From positions 570,001-602,000 of the forward strand of contig NC_009776.1 in assembly GCF_000017945.1 (NCBI RefSeq): a stretch of DNA of 32,000 nt. The letters run 5' to 3'. Under the pieces are notes generated by a model that was given only the letters and a program-made list of their open reading frames with translations, was not told where the DNA came from and did not search any database. Shown in pieces: positions 30,798-32,000 of this stretch. This stretch comes from Ignicoccus hospitalis KIN4/I (GTDB taxonomy: Archaea > Thermoproteota > Thermoprotei_A > Sulfolobales > Ignicoccaceae). A program made the translations under genes and the position numbers. Each line of letters opens with the position of its first letter. Position 1 is the stretch's first letter.

Positions 30798-31974
30798 TTC
30801 GTCCTCCGGGCTTAACGAACTTAGAGGCAATATAAGTCGCTAAGAGCGTGAGCGCCCCCAACGCCGGGTAGAGGTAGGCGAACCCAGCCAAGGGGGCGCA
30901 CTTGAGCGCGGGCAGAGGCGAGGGCCTCAAGCTCACCGCGCAGCTGCGCAAGCCTTCCCAACGGGGGACCGACCAGCTGAAGAAGGCCGGTTCGTTGGGA
31001 GGTATGTACTTACCCATAAATACGTTTATAGAGCTCTTCACTTCGTAACGCGACCCGCTGGCGTTCAAGAGCAAGAGCTGCTCGAAGGCCGTCAAGTTGC
31101 CCCGGTAGGTGTAGGTCGCTACGGTCTTCGCCCCCATAACCTTGACTTCGCTCGGGGGTTGGAAGAAATAAGCGTGGACCCACGAGGCGTAAATTAAGGA
31201 AGCGGCGAAGGTCATTGACGTTAACACCATTAAGGAACTGACCGCCTTCCTGTTCTTCCAGAAGTCCGCCAAGGCGAGGGCGAAGGGGGCTACGGCTGTC
31301 GACTCGGGCCTGAGCAACGATGCCGGGCCCAGCAGCCCTAACTTGCTCTTGTCCTTGAGGTACAGTACCAAAGAGAAGTTGAGAGCGCTTAGCGCTTGTG
31401 ACGCGAGGAGGGCCCAGAGCAAGGCTTTCGAGGTCAAGACGTTGGCGAGCGTGTAGTTGTCTATTAGATCTAGGACCGTAACGGCGGTTAAAATTATGAC
31501 TGAAGCGTAGTGGAGGACGAACCGCTTGTCCGCTAGGGGCCCTTCCTTTATTGCCTTAGAGAGGGAGTAAAGGTACACTAACGTTAACGTCGCCGCCACG
31601 GGGGTTTGGATGCCGAAGTAGGGGTTGGGCAAGCCCCCGGCCGGGACGGGGTAAAAGCGGAGCAGCGCAAAGGCCACGTACGCGTTCAAGAAAGCGACTA
31701 CCTTGGACGCCTTGTCGTTGGTATGGAAGAGCAGCGCGAGCGACGCCGGGAGCAAGGCGAGCGAGAGGTGGAACGAGTTAGGCGGTATGGGCAAGCCGTA
31801 AGTTGTGTGGCCGTGGGCGATTGAGGAAAACGCCGTTAGGAAAGCTAAAAACGTGGAGAGCTTCGCGTAAAGCTCATTGAATGTCAGAAAATACGCCAAG
31901 AGCAGCGCAGAAGCGATGGCTAAGAGGGGGTACAGCGAGAAGAACCAGTACCCCCTGAGTACGGAGAAGCCCAA
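30712..31974 (-). CDS. Polytopic membrane protein (about 9-10 TM) with extracytoplasmic loop domain
   Basis: It has many hydrophobic helices. A soluble segment of about 100 aa (PPSEVKVMGAKTVATYTYRGNLTAFEQ...) precedes the last TM. The frame stays open upstream to the window edge, so the TTG at 31974 may not be the true start. The 3-prime end overlaps the pilin-like gene by 86 nt. Confidence 0.65.
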   Translation of the reverse strand: MGFSVLRGYWFFSLYPLLAIASALLLAYFLTFNELYAKLSTFLAFLTAFSSIAHGHTTYGLPIPPNSFHLSLALLPASLALLFHTNDKASKVVAFLNAYVAFALLRFYPVPAGGLPNPYFGIQTPVAATLTLVYLYSLSKAIKEGPLADKRFVLHYASVIILTAVTVLDLIDNYTLANVLTSKALLWALLASQALSALNFSLVLYLKDKSKLGLLGPASLLRPESTAVAPFALALADFWKNRKAVSSLMVLTSMTFAASLIYASWVHAYFFQPPSEVKVMGAKTVATYTYRGNLTAFEQLLLLNASGSRYEVKSSINVFMGKYIPPNEPAFFSWSVPRWEGLRSCAVSLRPSPLPALKCAPLAGFAYLYPALGALTLLATYIASKFVKPGGRSEGTELNSGRAVTHSDIGGSDSGSGGSG

Positions 31975-32000
31975 CGGAGGAAGCTTGGGAGGGGCGGAGA

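Noticed and set aside
1-32000. CRISPR array, tRNA/rRNA genes, and transposase/integrase or other mobile-element signatures
   Set aside because: I found no regularly spaced 24-37-nt repeats, no T-loop/acceptor-stem candidates that hold up (GGTTCG-type strings at about 29675 and about 29850 lack matching stems), and no DDE, tyrosine or serine recombinase motifs.

Overview
This is a very gene-dense 32-kb chromosomal window. Its content and style point to a hyperthermophilic crenarchaeon or other TACK archaeon, but the genus cannot be assigned from sequence alone. The clues are an unsplit 1135-aa RpoB preceded by RpoH, a LysW-pathway LysK-type hydrolase, Dph5, an archaeal Nob1-type PIN protein, a class III (pilin-type) signal peptide, many GTG/TTG starts, 4-nt start/stop overlaps, TATA-like boxes about 25-35 nt upstream of starts, and Glu/Lys/Val/Arg-rich proteins.

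I support 37 protein-coding genes. Most are housekeeping: a speE fragment, a PPP phosphatase, argG, guaA, nadA, a LeuA/CimA-type synthase, rpoH-rpoB, dph5, proC, nob1, lysK, and CBS and HAD proteins. Uncharacterised genes are interleaved with them. I recognised no rRNA, tRNA, CRISPR array, transposase or integrase.

Most interesting observations:
(i) 26.99-29.99 kb is my best candidate for an undescribed, Cas10-less signalling/defence-type module or a new ncRNA locus. A stand-alone CARF (APE2256-like) sensor-type protein sits divergently from a small all-helical protein and a DUF3800-like (DESG ... LADxxAA) putative nuclease. These are followed by a 681-nt GC-rich non-coding tract, the only long gap in the window. 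The tract carries its own TATA-like box, a 19-nt direct repeat and three phased GTTAAC palindromes.
(ii) An orphan Cas6-family RAMP gene is wedged between argG and guaA.
(iii) The rpoH-rpoB operon ends in a translationally coupled 98-aa Cys-containing ORF instead of rpoA1.
(iv) A ParA/MinD-like ATPase has a Lys-to-Arg Walker A.
(v) A Roadblock/LC7-zinc-ribbon fusion faces a two-gene operon of unknown function.
(vi) Three sub-60-aa ORFs are missed by the ORF track: an RHH/CopG protein and two small membrane proteins.

All functional calls come from motif recognition by eye. None was verified by a database search.
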